A stretch of 64,000 nucleotides of DNA from an uncultured Anaeroplasmatales bacterium (lineage in GTDB: Bacteria; Bacillota_I; Bacilli_A; Acholeplasmatales; WRBM01), in NCBI GenBank assembly GCA_964478425.1, contig CAYZIB010000003.1:13663-77662 (forward strand), given 5' to 3'. Positions within the stretch are counted from its first letter, which is position 1. Every line of letters begins with the position of its first letter. Below are positions 36,604 through 48,000 of this stretch, in pieces. The position numbers and the translations under genes were made by a program. Under the pieces are notes generated by a model. That model made no database searches and had not been told where the DNA came from. It saw nothing but the letters and a program-made list of their open reading frames with translations.

Positions 36604-38427
36604 ATGGCAAAAAAACCCATAAAAAAAGAAAACAGAATATCAAATGTGCCTAGAAAAGATGCAAATAAAAAATCTAAATCTGTATTAATTTATAAAGAAG
36701 GATTAACATTACAAGAAGTTGCTGCATCTTTAGAAAAAACACCAGTTGAAATTATAAAATCATTAATGAAATTAGGTTATATGATGACACAAAATCAAAT
36801 AATGACTAAAGATATTTGTGAATTATTGTGTCTAGAATTAGGAATTGAAATAAAAGATGAAGTAGTAACAGATATTGAAAGATTTGATGAATTTGATATT
36901 GTAGATGATGAAAAAGATTTAGTTAAAAGACCACCAGTAGTCACTATCATGGGACATGTTGATCATGGAAAAACTACATTACTTGACCATATTAGACATT
37001 CAAGAGTAGTAACTCAAGAAGCAGGTGGAATTACTCAACATATTGGGGCATATCAAATAAAAAGAAATAATAACTTAATAACATTTATAGATACTCCTGG
37101 TCATGCTGCATTTTCAGAAATGCGTGCAAGAGGAGCAAAAGTAACAGATATAACAGTATTAGTTGTTGCTGCTGATGATGGAGTTATGCCTCAAACAGAA
37201 GAAGCTATAGCTCATGCTAAAGCAGCTAAAGTTCCAATTATTGTTGCAATTAATAAAATGGATAAACCAAGTGCTAATCCTGAAAGAGTAATGCAAGAAT
37301 TATCAAGATTTGATCTTTTACCAGAAGCATGGGGTGGAGATACTATTTATTGTGAAATATCTGCATTATCTGGGAAAGGTGTAGACAATTTATTAGATAT
37401 GATTGAACTTTTAGCGGAAGTTGAAGATTATAAAGCTAATCCTAATAGACTTGCAATTGGTTCAGTAATTGAAGCTAAAATGGATAAAGGAAGAGGTCCT
37501 GTAGCAACATTGATTATTCAAAATGGTACATTAAAAGTTCATGATAATATTGTTATTGGTACAACTTATGGTAAGATTAGAACAATGCAAGATGATACAG
37601 GAAGAAAATATGAAACAGCATTACCTTCACAAGCAGTTGAAGTTACTGGGTTAAATGAAGTTCCTAAAGCCGGAGATAAATTTATGGTTTTACTTGATGA
37701 AAAACAAGCTAAACAAACTGCAGAAGCAAGATTCCATAAGGAATGGGTAAAAGAAAGAGGAACAAATAAAATAGCTTCTTTAGAAGATATGTTTAAAGAA
37801 ATTAAAGATGGTGAATTTAAAGAATTAAATTTAATTGTTAAAGCAGATACACAAGGATCTGCTGAAGCAATAAGAGGATCTTTAGAAAAATTAGGAATGG
37901 AAGATGTAAAAGTTAATATTATAAGATGTAGTGTTGGGGCTATAACTGATACTGATGTAACACTTGCTACTGTTTCTAATGCTATTATAATGGGATTTAA
38001 TATAAGACCAAATGGTACTGTAAGAGAAATTGCTAAAGATAAAGGTGTTGAAATTAGATTTTATAATATTATTTATACAATGATTGACGATATTAAACAA
38101 GCAGTTAAAGGTATGCTTGAACCTATATATGAAGAAATTGTAACTGGTATGTGCGATGTTAGAAATCTATTTAAAATTTCCAAGGTAGGAACAGTTGCTG
38201 GATGTTATGTTACAAATGGATATATAGAAAGAAATTCACTTGTTAGAATTCTTAGAAATGGTGTTGTTGTTTATGAAGGGAAAATGGCTTCATTAAAACG
38301 ATTTAAAGATGATGTTAAAGAAGTTAAACAAGGATATGAATGTGGAATTATGATTGAAAATTTTAATGATATAAAAGAAAATGATATCATTGAAGCATCA
38401 GTTATGAAAGAAGTTGAACGTAAATGA
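36604..38427 (+). CDS. infB: Translation initiation factor IF-2
   Basis: GTPase motifs [14 protein letters not shown] and NKMD. RBS AGAGGTGA. Confidence 0.95.
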   Translation: MAKKPIKKENRISNVPRKDANKKSKSVLIYKEGLTLQEVAASLEKTPVEIIKSLMKLGYMMTQNQIMTKDICELLCLELGIEIKDEVVTDIERFDEFDIVDDEKDLVKRPPVVTIMGHVDHGKTTLLDHIRHSRVVTQEAGGITQHIGAYQIKRNNNLITFIDTPGHAAFSEMRARGAKVTDITVLVVAADDGVMPQTEEAIAHAKAAKVPIIVAINKMDKPSANPERVMQELSRFDLLPEAWGGDTIYCEISALSGKGVDNLLDMIELLAEVEDYKANPNRLAIGSVIEAKMDKGRGPVATLIIQNGTLKVHDNIVIGTTYGKIRTMQDDTGRKYETALPSQAVEVTGLNEVPKAGDKFMVLLDEKQAKQTAEARFHKEWVKERGTNKIASLEDMFKEIKDGEFKELNLIVKADTQGSAEAIRGSLEKLGMEDVKVNIIRCSVGAITDTDVTLATVSNAIIMGFNIRPNGTVREIAKDKGVEIRFYNIIYTMIDDIKQAVKGMLEPIYEEIVTGMCDVRNLFKISKVGTVAGCYVTNGYIERNSLVRILRNGVVVYEGKMASLKRFKDDVKEVKQGYECGIMIENFNDIKENDIIEASVMKEVERK

Positions 38428-38777
38428 GTGTAAATACTGATAAAATTGCTAAATTAATTCAAAAGGAAGCTGCTGATATATTTTTAAATGAAATTAAAGA
38501 TACCAAAGTAGGTTATATTACAATAACTGATTGTGAAGTTACAAATGATTTATCTTATGCCTATGTTTATTATTCAGTAATCGGGGATAATGAAAAAGTT
38601 TTAGCAACTAAAAAGGCAGTTGAAAAATCAAAAGGATTTGTAAGAAAACAAATTGCATCAAGATTAAAAAATTTAAGAAAAATGCCAGAATTAATTTTTA
38701 GGTATGATGAATCATTAGCATATGGAAATAAAATTGAAACGATATTAAATACTTTAGATATCAAAGATGAAGAATAA
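38424..38777 (+). CDS. rbfA: Ribosome-binding factor A
   Basis: 117 aa with a KH-like RbfA pattern (ITITDCEVTNDLSYAYVYYS). It overlaps the infB stop (ATGA). Confidence 0.9.
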   Translation: MSVNTDKIAKLIQKEAADIFLNEIKDTKVGYITITDCEVTNDLSYAYVYYSVIGDNEKVLATKKAVEKSKGFVRKQIASRLKNLRKMPELIFRYDESLAYGNKIETILNTLDIKDEE

Positions 38778-38781
38778 AAAT

Positions 38782-38814
38782 GCATTTAAGGTGTTTCCTT
38801 AAATGCTTTTTTTT
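38782..38814 (+). terminator. Rho-independent terminator of the nusA-infB operon
   Basis: Stem GCATTTAAGG/CCTTAAATGC followed by T8. Confidence 0.85.
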
Positions 38815-38901
38815 ATGCTTTTTACAATAATTTTTTTATAATTAATTATAAAACTATTTTCTTTAAGTTAAAATATGTTAAAATATTAAGGAGGTGTTAT
38901 T

Positions 38902-39873
38902 ATGCAATTTTTAGGTAAAGATATAATTAATTCAACAAATTTTATAAGCTATGGAAGATACGATATATTAGATAATGACCTAATATATTACTATACAGCA
39001 AGTGGATTTAGATGTAATTTAAAAGGAACAATTAATCTTGAAATTGAAGCATCAAATTATTCTGATGATATTAAAAGGCCATATATCACAGTGTTTATTA
39101 ATAAAAAACCAACAAGAATCGGACTTTTTTCCGAAATTAATAATTTAACATTTGATGTAGATGGATTATTTGAATTATTCAAATCAACTGAAGGCAGTCA
39201 GTCTATAATTAAAATTAAAAAAGTAATTATTAATGGCAGTTTTTTAGAATTAACAAAAAAGAATAAAAAAGCCTTAGTTTTTGGAGATTCTTATACATGT
39301 GGATTTGGAAGTTTATCTAATAACGAAGAAGATCCATTTATAACTAAAGAAGAAGATGGAATGAATACATATGCATTTTTAGCTTTATATGAATTAGGAT
39401 ATGATATTGAAGAGGTTGCTATAAGTGGACATGCACTATATAAAAGTCCTTATGCCGATAAAACAATTCCTGAATATTATAAAGAAATATCTGATACTAA
39501 TAATAAAAAATTTATTCCAAATGATTCTAAGGATTTAATAGTTATAAATCTTGGTACAAATGATTCAATTTATTTTAATGAAGGTCATTTTGATTTAATT
39601 GATGAATATGGTAAAGCTTATTTAAAGTTTTTAGATACTTTAAAAAAAGATTATCCAAATGCTAAAATTGTTATGATCGGATATGACATTCAAAAAGAAG
39701 TTAATAATCAAATTAAAAAAGTAAAAGAAAATACTGTTTATAATGATGTATATCATTTAGAACTTGTAGCTCATGATAAATCTATAGAAGGATTTGGATC
39801 TTTAGGACATCCTAAAAAAATAACACATGAAAGATGGAGTAAAGTTTTAAAAGAATTTATAGGTAATATTTAA
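38902..39873 (+). CDS. SGNH/GDSL hydrolase with N-terminal beta-sandwich (CE2-like acetylesterase)
   Basis: GDSYTCGFG block I, NLGTND block III, and a C-terminal His block. Confidence 0.6.
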   Translation: MQFLGKDIINSTNFISYGRYDILDNDLIYYYTASGFRCNLKGTINLEIEASNYSDDIKRPYITVFINKKPTRIGLFSEINNLTFDVDGLFELFKSTEGSQSIIKIKKVIINGSFLELTKKNKKALVFGDSYTCGFGSLSNNEEDPFITKEEDGMNTYAFLALYELGYDIEEVAISGHALYKSPYADKTIPEYYKEISDTNNKKFIPNDSKDLIVINLGTNDSIYFNEGHFDLIDEYGKAYLKFLDTLKKDYPNAKIVMIGYDIQKEVNNQIKKVKENTVYNDVYHLELVAHDKSIEGFGSLGHPKKITHERWSKVLKEFIGNI

Positions 39874-42155
39874 TGATAGCAAGCATAATTGTTGATGTTA
39901 ATAATTCAAATGTCAATAAGACATTTGATTATATTATCAAAGAAGAATTTAAAGATATAATTAAAATTGGATCTAGAGTAATCGTAAATTTTAAAAATAG
40001 ATTTGTTTTAGGTTTTGTTTTAGATATTCATAATAATACGTTATATGCAACAAAGTATATTGATGAATTAATTGATATATATCCAGTTTTATCTTTAGAA
40101 ATGATTGAAATTGTCAAAAAGTTTTCTAATAGAGGAAATAATTTAATAATTTCTTTTATTAAAACTATTTTACCTAATGTTTTAAATATAAAAGTAAAAA
40201 AGACTTTTAAAGTTATTAATTATGATAAACTTAATAAAGAATTATTGCCATTGGTTAAAGATGATTATATTTTATTAGATCAAAAGTATTTAAAAATTAT
40301 TAAAGATGAAATAGATAATTTAAATATTGCTGAAAAATATTCATATAATTTAGAAAAAATTAAAAAAGAAAAATATATTAAATTAAATGATATTTTTGAT
40401 GAAAAGAAAATAAAGAACATTCAACAAAAACAAATTATTGAATATTTAAAAATTAATGGAGATACATTAAAACAAAAATTAGATACTATAAGTAGTAGTT
40501 CTCTTAAAACGTTAGAAAAAAATGGAATTATTAAAATATACGAATCTGATGGATATCGTAAAATAGAAAATCTATATAAAGAAGAAGAAAAAAGTATTAT
40601 ATTAACAAATGAACAATTAAATGTATTAAATAAAATAAATTTAAATAGTAATGAGAAATATTTATTATACGGAGTAACTAATAGTGGAAAAACAGAAGTT
40701 TATTTAAATTTGATTAGTGAAGTATTAAAAAATAATAAACAAGCTATTATGCTCGTTCCAGAAATAAGTCTTACGCCACAAATTATTTCAAGATTTAAAA
40801 ATAGATTTCCTGATTTAATTTCTGTTTTTCATAGTGGATTGTCAGATTATGAACGTTTTGATGAATATAGAAAAATTTTAGATGGAAAAAGTAAAATTGT
40901 GATAGGAACTAGAAGCGCAATTTTTATGCCGTTTAAAAATTTGGGTTTAATAATATTTGATGAAGAACATGATGAATCATATATTCAAACTGATTATCCA
41001 AGTTATGATGCAAGAGAAATTGCAGAATTTAGATCAAGATATCACAATTGTCCAGTACTTTATGCAAGTGCTACCCCTAAAGTAACTAGTTATTATAATG
41101 CATTAAATAATAATTATAAATTATTAAAAATGCAAAATAAGATTAATAGTATGCCAATTATAAAACAAACAATTGATATGACTGATGAATTTAAGAATAA
41201 TAATTTAAGTATATTTTCAAAGTATTTACAAGAAAAAATTATAGATAGATTAAATAAGCATGAACAAATATTATTATTATTAAATAAAAAAGGGCATAAT
41301 CAATTTGTAATGTGTAGAGAATGTGGGCATGTTTTAAAATGTGATCATTGTGATGTATCATATACATATTATAAATCTGATGATACATTAAGATGTTTAT
41401 ATTGTGGTAAAAAAATAAAAAATATAAATATTTGTCCTAAATGTAATAGCAAATATATTAGATATGTTGGAGTTGGAACAGAAAAAGTTGAAGAAGAATT
41501 AAAAAAATTATTTAGTAATATAAAAGTTTTAAGACTTGATAAAGATACTGTAATGAAAAAAAATTCTTATGAAAAATATTTATCTGACTTTAACAATAAA
41601 AAATATGATTGTTTAGTTGGAACTCAAATGATTTCTAAAGGTCATGATTTTAGTAATGTGACATTAGTTGCAATAATTAATGCTGATTTAAGTTTAGCTT
41701 ATCCTGATTATTTAGCTAAAGAAAAAACTTTTGATTTAATAAGTCAAATGGTTGGTAGATGTGGTAGAAATAAACAAGGAGAAGTGATTATTCAAACTTA
41801 TAATAAAAATAACAATATAATAAAATATGCAACTAATCAAGATTACATTAAATTTTATAATGATGAGATAATCTATCGAAAAATAGGTAATTATCCACCA
41901 TTTTATAATTTTTATGAAATAATTTTTAAAGGTATAAATCAAAAAGATGTTTTAAATTATGCTTTAAAAATTAAAAATGACTTTCTAAATGAATTTAAAA
42001 ATGAAATAGTTATTGGACCAAGTAGTAATTTCATTGAAAAAATCAAAGATAATTATTTATTTACAATGAAAATAAAAACAAATAAAAATATCGATGATTT
42101 TTTAAATAAAATACTTAATAAACCCAATATTATAGTAGATATTATAAAAAAGTAG
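39873..42155 (+). CDS. priA: Primosomal protein N' (replication restart helicase PriA)
   Basis: Walker A GVTNSGKTEVY, IFDEEHD, and a Cys-rich zinc region CRECGH..CDHCD..CLYCG..CPKCN. Confidence 0.9.
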   Translation: MIASIIVDVNNSNVNKTFDYIIKEEFKDIIKIGSRVIVNFKNRFVLGFVLDIHNNTLYATKYIDELIDIYPVLSLEMIEIVKKFSNRGNNLIISFIKTILPNVLNIKVKKTFKVINYDKLNKELLPLVKDDYILLDQKYLKIIKDEIDNLNIAEKYSYNLEKIKKEKYIKLNDIFDEKKIKNIQQKQIIEYLKINGDTLKQKLDTISSSSLKTLEKNGIIKIYESDGYRKIENLYKEEEKSIILTNEQLNVLNKINLNSNEKYLLYGVTNSGKTEVYLNLISEVLKNNKQAIMLVPEISLTPQIISRFKNRFPDLISVFHSGLSDYERFDEYRKILDGKSKIVIGTRSAIFMPFKNLGLIIFDEEHDESYIQTDYPSYDAREIAEFRSRYHNCPVLYASATPKVTSYYNALNNNYKLLKMQNKINSMPIIKQTIDMTDEFKNNNLSIFSKYLQEKIIDRLNKHEQILLLLNKKGHNQFVMCRECGHVLKCDHCDVSYTYYKSDDTLRCLYCGKKIKNINICPKCNSKYIRYVGVGTEKVEEELKKLFSNIKVLRLDKDTVMKKNSYEKYLSDFNNKKYDCLVGTQMISKGHDFSNVTLVAIINADLSLAYPDYLAKEKTFDLISQMVGRCGRNKQGEVIIQTYNKNNNIIKYATNQDYIKFYNDEIIYRKIGNYPPFYNFYEIIFKGINQKDVLNYALKIKNDFLNEFKNEIVIGPSSNFIEKIKDNYLFTMKIKTNKNIDDFLNKILNKPNIIVDIIKK

Positions 42156-42165
42156 GTGCTTTAAA

Positions 42166-43092
42166 ATGAAAATAGTTTTTATGGGAACTCCTGAATTTAG
42201 CGTAAATGTTTTAAATGCTTTAATTTTAAAATATGATGTTGTTGGAGTAGTTACAAAAAAAGATGCGTTAGTAGGAAAAAAACAAATTTTAACGATGTCA
42301 CCAGTAAAAAAAGTTGCATTAGAAAATAATATTTTATGTTTAGAACTCGAAAATTTAAAAGAAGAGTATAAAAAAATAACTGATTTAAAACCAGATTTAA
42401 TTATTACATGTGCGTATGGAAAAATGTTAAATCAAGAATTACTTGCTTATCCTAAATATGGATGTATAAATGTTCATGCTTCACTTCTTCCTAAACTTAG
42501 AGGAGGGGCACCTATTCATAAATCAATAATTTATGGTGAAAAATATACAGGTATAACAATCATGTATATGGCAAAAAAAATGGATGCTGGAGATATTTTA
42601 GTTCAAGATAAAGTTGAAATATTAGATGAGGATAATGTTAAAACATTAGAAGATAAATTAAGTGTTTTAGGGGCTAAATTGTTAATTGATAATTTAGATG
42701 ATATTATTAATAAAAAAATATTACCTATAAAACAAAATGAAAATGAGGCAACATTTGCTTATAATATTACAAGAGAAGAAGAAAAAATTGATTTTAATAA
42801 GCCGTTAAAAGATGTTTATAATCAAATAAGAGGATTATATCCTAGTCCTATAGGTTATGCTAATTTAGGTAAAACTAGTATCAAAATTTTAAAGGCATTA
42901 AAAACAGAATTAAAACCTAATGGAATACCTGGAAGTATTTTTTATAATAAAAAACAATTATTTGTAAATGTATTAGATGGGGTTATTGAAATAAAAGAAT
43001 TAATTGTTGTTGGGAAAAGTAAAAATTTAGCACATGAATTTATTAATGGGCAAGGTAAAAAATTATTACAAGAAGAAAATATATTTAATTAA
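42166..43092 (+). CDS. fmt: Methionyl-tRNA formyltransferase
   Basis: MKIVFMGTPEF N-terminus, HASLLPKLRGGAPI catalytic block, and the C-terminal OB-like domain. Confidence 0.9.
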   Translation: MKIVFMGTPEFSVNVLNALILKYDVVGVVTKKDALVGKKQILTMSPVKKVALENNILCLELENLKEEYKKITDLKPDLIITCAYGKMLNQELLAYPKYGCINVHASLLPKLRGGAPIHKSIIYGEKYTGITIMYMAKKMDAGDILVQDKVEILDEDNVKTLEDKLSVLGAKLLIDNLDDIINKKILPIKQNENEATFAYNITREEEKIDFNKPLKDVYNQIRGLYPSPIGYANLGKTSIKILKALKTELKPNGIPGSIFYNKKQLFVNVLDGVIEIKELIVVGKSKNLAHEFINGQGKKLLQEENIFN

Positions 43093-43106
43093 AAGGAGAG
43101 AAGATT

Positions 43107-43664
43107 ATGCCAAAATTAACTTATACAAGAGAAGAAATGCTAAAAATTAATACTGAAACATTACTAGATAGAGGAGTTACAATTGAAGATATTGCATTAA
43201 TTGCATATAATCAACAAAAAAAATATGCAGATAATATTGATTTTGAAATATGTGTTGAATCTGTAAAAAAAATATTATCATATCGTGATACGTTTCATCA
43301 TATTCAATTAGGTGTACAAATTGATGTTGCTGTAGAAAAAAAATTATTCACAGGTCCAATTCAAGATATTTTATATTATGATTTAGGATTATTTGGAATT
43401 GACGAAGTTGTAGGATTAGATATTGCTGGAAATTATGGTGCTGTAGGTAAAACAAATTTTGGTGATATTGATGTTAATAAACCTGGTATTTGTAAAAAAT
43501 TAAATGATGAAGGTAAAACATTAAAAAGATGTCATACTTTTTTAGATGATATTGTTGGTGCAATTGCAGCTGCTGCATCTACAAGAGTTGCACAAATTAT
43601 GCTAGAAGTAGCTGCTTCTAATGATCCAAATGTTAAAATATCATCTTTATTTGATGAAGAATAA
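43107..43664 (+). CDS. PgpA/YutG-like phosphatidylglycerophosphatase A family protein
   Basis: Resembles soluble YutG-type proteins (CHTFLDDIVGAIAAAAS, NFGDIDVNKPGI), judged from recalled family features only. Confidence 0.55.
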   Translation: MPKLTYTREEMLKINTETLLDRGVTIEDIALIAYNQQKKYADNIDFEICVESVKKILSYRDTFHHIQLGVQIDVAVEKKLFTGPIQDILYYDLGLFGIDEVVGLDIAGNYGAVGKTNFGDIDVNKPGICKKLNDEGKTLKRCHTFLDDIVGAIAAAASTRVAQIMLEVAASNDPNVKISSLFDEE

Positions 43665-44974
43665 TGAAAAAAATATTTAAAAAAATAATTAATAAATGGA
43701 ATGAATTATTTAGTTTTGAATTAGGTGTAGATATAACAAATGATACACAAGTTCTTTTTAGAAGAAATGTTGTTGTAAAAAATATTATATTTTTATCTAA
43801 CTTAGTTTATTCAATAATTCTTCTTGTAATATCAATAGCAGAAGTAGAAGTAGGAAATTTGGTTTTAACAATATTGTTTTTTCCATTAACATTTCTTATT
43901 AACTTAACATTAAAAAAAATGATATATAATGATAAAACAAACTTAATAAAACAGCAAATAGCAATGTATATTGGCTGTTTTTATATGTTTGTTTCTGCTT
44001 TGGTAATTTATTTAAGATTAACTATAGGTGTAAGTGATAATTTTAGATATTTAGAGTTTGTTGGATATCTTTTAATATATATTTCACTATTAGTTTCATC
44101 TTTATATCAAGATAAAAAAGTATTAATGACCGTATTTTTTTGGATGTTTATTATTATTACTATTTTACATTTTACAGTAACTCATGGAATTTATAAAAAA
44201 GATTATGCAAATAGTTTAGATAGTATTTTAAAAATTTTTAAAGATCAAGAGTTTAAAGACATATTACTTAGAACGATAATTTTATTGTTATACATGGTAA
44301 TTCTTTATTCAATTACAGCAATTGGTCAATATATGCAACAAAAAAGAAAAGAAGAATTGATTAAAAGACAAAATGTACAAAATGATTTTAAAAGAATTGT
44401 AAGTGAATTATTTAATGCGGTTTTAGGAAATAAAACTAAGTTAAATGATGAATTAAAATATATAGACTTACTTAAAAAAATGAGTATTAATTTAGCAAAC
44501 AAATTAATGTTTAATAAAAACGAATTAGAAATATTAAAAGAGTATTCTGATATTCATATAAAAGAATATGATACGATTAATAATCTTTTTAGTTTAGATA
44601 ATAAGATGCTTAATGAACAAGAATTTGAAGAATTAAAAATAAAAACTGAAACAGGCGAAAAAATAGTCAAAAGAATACAATTAAAACAAAAATGTGAGGA
44701 TATATTAAGAGCACATACAGAAGGTTATTATAATGATGGATTTATTTTAAATATGAATCAAATTCAAAAAAATAAAATTTCTGATATTATTTTACTATGT
44801 GATTTATATATTTCATTAAGAAGTTTTAAAAATTATAAAAGACCATATCCTAATAGAAGAACAATGGATTTATTAGATAAAGAATTTAGATGTTATTTTG
44901 ATTTAGAATTATTAAATACATTTTTTAAATTTGGTAATGAATTTGAAACTATGTTCAATGAGTATTCTTTGTAA
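43664..44974 (+). CDS. Polytopic membrane protein with a degenerate C-terminal HD-GYP-like domain
   Basis: About 7 N-terminal TM helices. The C-terminus aligns by eye to HD-GYP, but HD is replaced by SDIH and HHExxDGxGYP by AHTEGYYNDGF, while the C-terminal DxxxxL(R/T)SxxxYK-like block is kept. Confidence 0.5.
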   Translation: MKKIFKKIINKWNELFSFELGVDITNDTQVLFRRNVVVKNIIFLSNLVYSIILLVISIAEVEVGNLVLTILFFPLTFLINLTLKKMIYNDKTNLIKQQIAMYIGCFYMFVSALVIYLRLTIGVSDNFRYLEFVGYLLIYISLLVSSLYQDKKVLMTVFFWMFIIITILHFTVTHGIYKKDYANSLDSILKIFKDQEFKDILLRTIILLLYMVILYSITAIGQYMQQKRKEELIKRQNVQNDFKRIVSELFNAVLGNKTKLNDELKYIDLLKKMSINLANKLMFNKNELEILKEYSDIHIKEYDTINNLFSLDNKMLNEQEFEELKIKTETGEKIVKRIQLKQKCEDILRAHTEGYYNDGFILNMNQIQKNKISDIILLCDLYISLRSFKNYKRPYPNRRTMDLLDKEFRCYFDLELLNTFFKFGNEFETMFNEYSL

Positions 44975-44995
44975 ACGCTTTAAAATTTTAAAGAA

Positions 44996-45019
44996 AAAGG
45001 GATGAACCCTTTTTTTTTG
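44996..45019 (+). terminator. Rho-independent terminator
   Basis: Stem AAGGG/CCCTT followed by T9. Confidence 0.6.
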
Positions 45020-45079
45020 TTTAATATTGTTATATAATAATATGTGTTTAAATTTTTTTAAATTTAATGGAGGGAAATT

Positions 45080-48000
45080 ATGACAAAAAAAGAAATCAAA
45101 GCGATGGATGGTAACCAAGCTGCCGCTTATGCTTCTTATGCTTTTACAGAAGTAGCTGGTATATATCCTATCACTCCTTCATCACCTATGGCTGAGTATA
45201 CAGATGAATGGGCTAGTCAAGGAATGAAGAACTTATTTGGTATGCCTGTAAAAATTGTTGAAATGCAATCAGAAGCAGGAGCTGCTGGAACTGTTCATGG
45301 TTCATTACAAGCAGGTGCATTAACAACAACTTATACTGCATCTCAAGGGTTATTATTAAAAATACCTAATATGTATAAAATAGCTGGACAATTATTACCA
45401 GGTGTAATTCATGTTTCAGCAAGAGCTTTAGCTGCTCAAAGTTTAGCTATTTTCGGAGATCATCAAGATGTTATGGCTTGTAGACAAACTGGATTTGCAA
45501 TGCTTGCAACTTCATCAGTTCAACAAGTTATGGATTTAGCTGGTGTTGCTCATTTAAGTGCAATTAAATCAAGAGTACCTTTCTTACATTTCTTTGATGG
45601 ATTTAGAACTTCTCATGAAGTTAATACTGTTGAGGTAATGCCTTATGAAGTATTCGATCGTTTATTAGATAGAGAAGCTGTTAAAAAATTTAGAGAAGAT
45701 TGCTTAAATCCTGCTAATCCTAAAACAAGAGGAACAGCACAAAATGACGATGTTTATTTTCAAACAAGAGAATTACAAAATTCATATTACAAAAATGTTC
45801 CAGATGTTGTAAATAGTTATATGGAAGAAATCTCTAAAGAAACAGGAAGAGATTATAAACCATTTACTTATTATGGAGCAAAAGATGCAACTGATATTAT
45901 AGTTGCTATGGGATCTGTAACTGAAGCAATTAAAGAAGTTGTAGATTATATGGTTTCTAAAGGAGAAAAAGTTGGGGTTATAACTTGTCACTTATATCGT
46001 CCATTTAGTGAAAAATATTATTTTAATGTTTGTCCATCTACAGTTAAAAGAATTGCTGTATTAGATAGAACTATTGAACCAGGTTCAATTGGAGAACCAT
46101 TATATTTAGATGTTAAAGCATTATATTATGGAAAAGAAAATGCACCAGTAATTATTGGTGGAAGATATGGATTATCTTCTAAAGATACAACTCCTGATAT
46201 GATTTATGCTATTTATAAAAATTTAAGAGGAGAACAAAAAGATAGATTTACTGTTGGTATTAATGATGATGTTTCATATTCTTCATTAGATTGCAGCGAA
46301 GAAATTGATGTTCAAGATAAAGATACAACTGAATTATTATTCTTTGGATTAGGTTCAGATGGTACTGTTGGTGCATGTAAAAATACATCAAAAATTATTG
46401 GGGACAATACAGATTTATATTCTCAAAGCTATGCAGCATATGACTCTAAAAAATCTGGTGGATCAACAAGATTACATTTAAGATTTGGTAAAAACCCAAT
46501 TAGAAGTACATATTTAGTTAATAAACCTCACTTTGTATCATGTTCAACTGATGCATATTTAGGAAAATTTGATATGATTAAGGGTTTAAGAGATGGTGGA
46601 ACATTCTTATTAAATACTGTTACTCCTAAAGAAGAAATTGAAGAATTCTTACCTAATAGTGTTAAAATTCAATTAGCTAAAAAACATGCTAAATTCTATA
46701 TTATAAATGCAGTTGATTTAGCTGTTCAAATTGGTCTTGGTAGAAGAACAAATACAATTATGCAAAGTGCGTTCTTTAAATTAAATGAACATATTATGCC
46801 ATATGAAAAAGCTCAAGAATTAATGAAAAAATACGCTGCTAAAACATATGCTAAAAAAGGTGAAGCAATTATTAAATTAAATTATGATGCAATTGACGCA
46901 GGTGCTAGTGGTTTAGTTGAAATTGAAGTTAAAGATTCATGGGCTAATTTAACACCAGAAACTAAAACTGTTGATTTAAATAGACCTGAATTTGTTAGAG
47001 AAATTGCTGATGTTATAAATGCTATTGAAGGAGATTCATTACCTGTAAGTGCATTTAAAAAATATCCTGATGGACATATGATTAATGGTTCTGCAGCATA
47101 TGAAAAACGTGGTGTTGCTAATGATGTTCCAAGTTGGATAAGTGAAAATTGTATTCAATGTAACCAATGTGCATTTGTTTGTCCACATGCAACAATTAGA
47201 CCATTCCTAGCAAACGAAGAAGAAGTTAAAAATGCAAGTGAAGGAACAAAATTCTTAAAAGCAGTTGGAAAAGGATTAGAAACATATAAATATACATTAC
47301 AAGTATCAGTATTAGATTGTACTGGATGTGGAGTTTGTGTAAGTGTTTGTCCTGCTCCAAAAGGAAAAGCATTACAAATGAAACCAATTCATGAAGAAAT
47401 TGCTGCTGGTAGTCAAGAAATTGCTAATTATTTTTACAATAATGTTTCATATAAAGATCAAGTTACTGGAAAAGAAACTGCTAAAAATGTTCAATTTGCT
47501 CAACCATTATTTGAATTTTCAGGTGCTTGTGCAGGATGTGGAGAAACTCCATATGTAAAAGCAGTAAGTCAATTATTTGGTGATCATATGATCGTAGCAA
47601 ACGCAACTGGATGTTCTTCTATTTATGGTGGATCATATCCAAGCTCACCTTATACAAAAAATAAAGAAGGTAGAGGAGTTGCGTGGGCAAACTCATTATT
47701 TGAAGATAACGCAGAATTTGGATTCGGTATGCATATAGCATATGAAACAATGCGTGATAGATTACAAACAATTTTATTAAATAATAAAGAAAATATGCCA
47801 AGTGAATTAGTAGAATTAGTAGAAGCTTGGGCAAATAATAGAAATAGTTATGATGAAACTAAGAAATTAGCTCCAAGTATTATTTCTGGATTAGAAAATA
47901 TCGATGCTGATTTTGCTAAAGACGCATTAGAATTAAAAGATTATTTAGTTAAAGCATCTCAATGGATTTTTGGTGGAGATGGATGGGCTTATGACATCGG

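Noticed and set aside
42155-42166. Absence of def between priA and fmt as an anomaly.
   Set aside because: The position of def is variable among low-GC bacteria and the 10-nt gap shows no gene remnant. This is not informative without the whole genome.
44978-44993. 16-nt perfect palindrome CTTTAAAATTTTAAAG just after the HD-GYP-like gene.
   Set aside because: The stem is almost all A/T and therefore unstable, and such palindromes are frequent by chance in DNA this AT-rich. The adjacent AAGGG/CCCTT hairpin plus T9 already explains termination.
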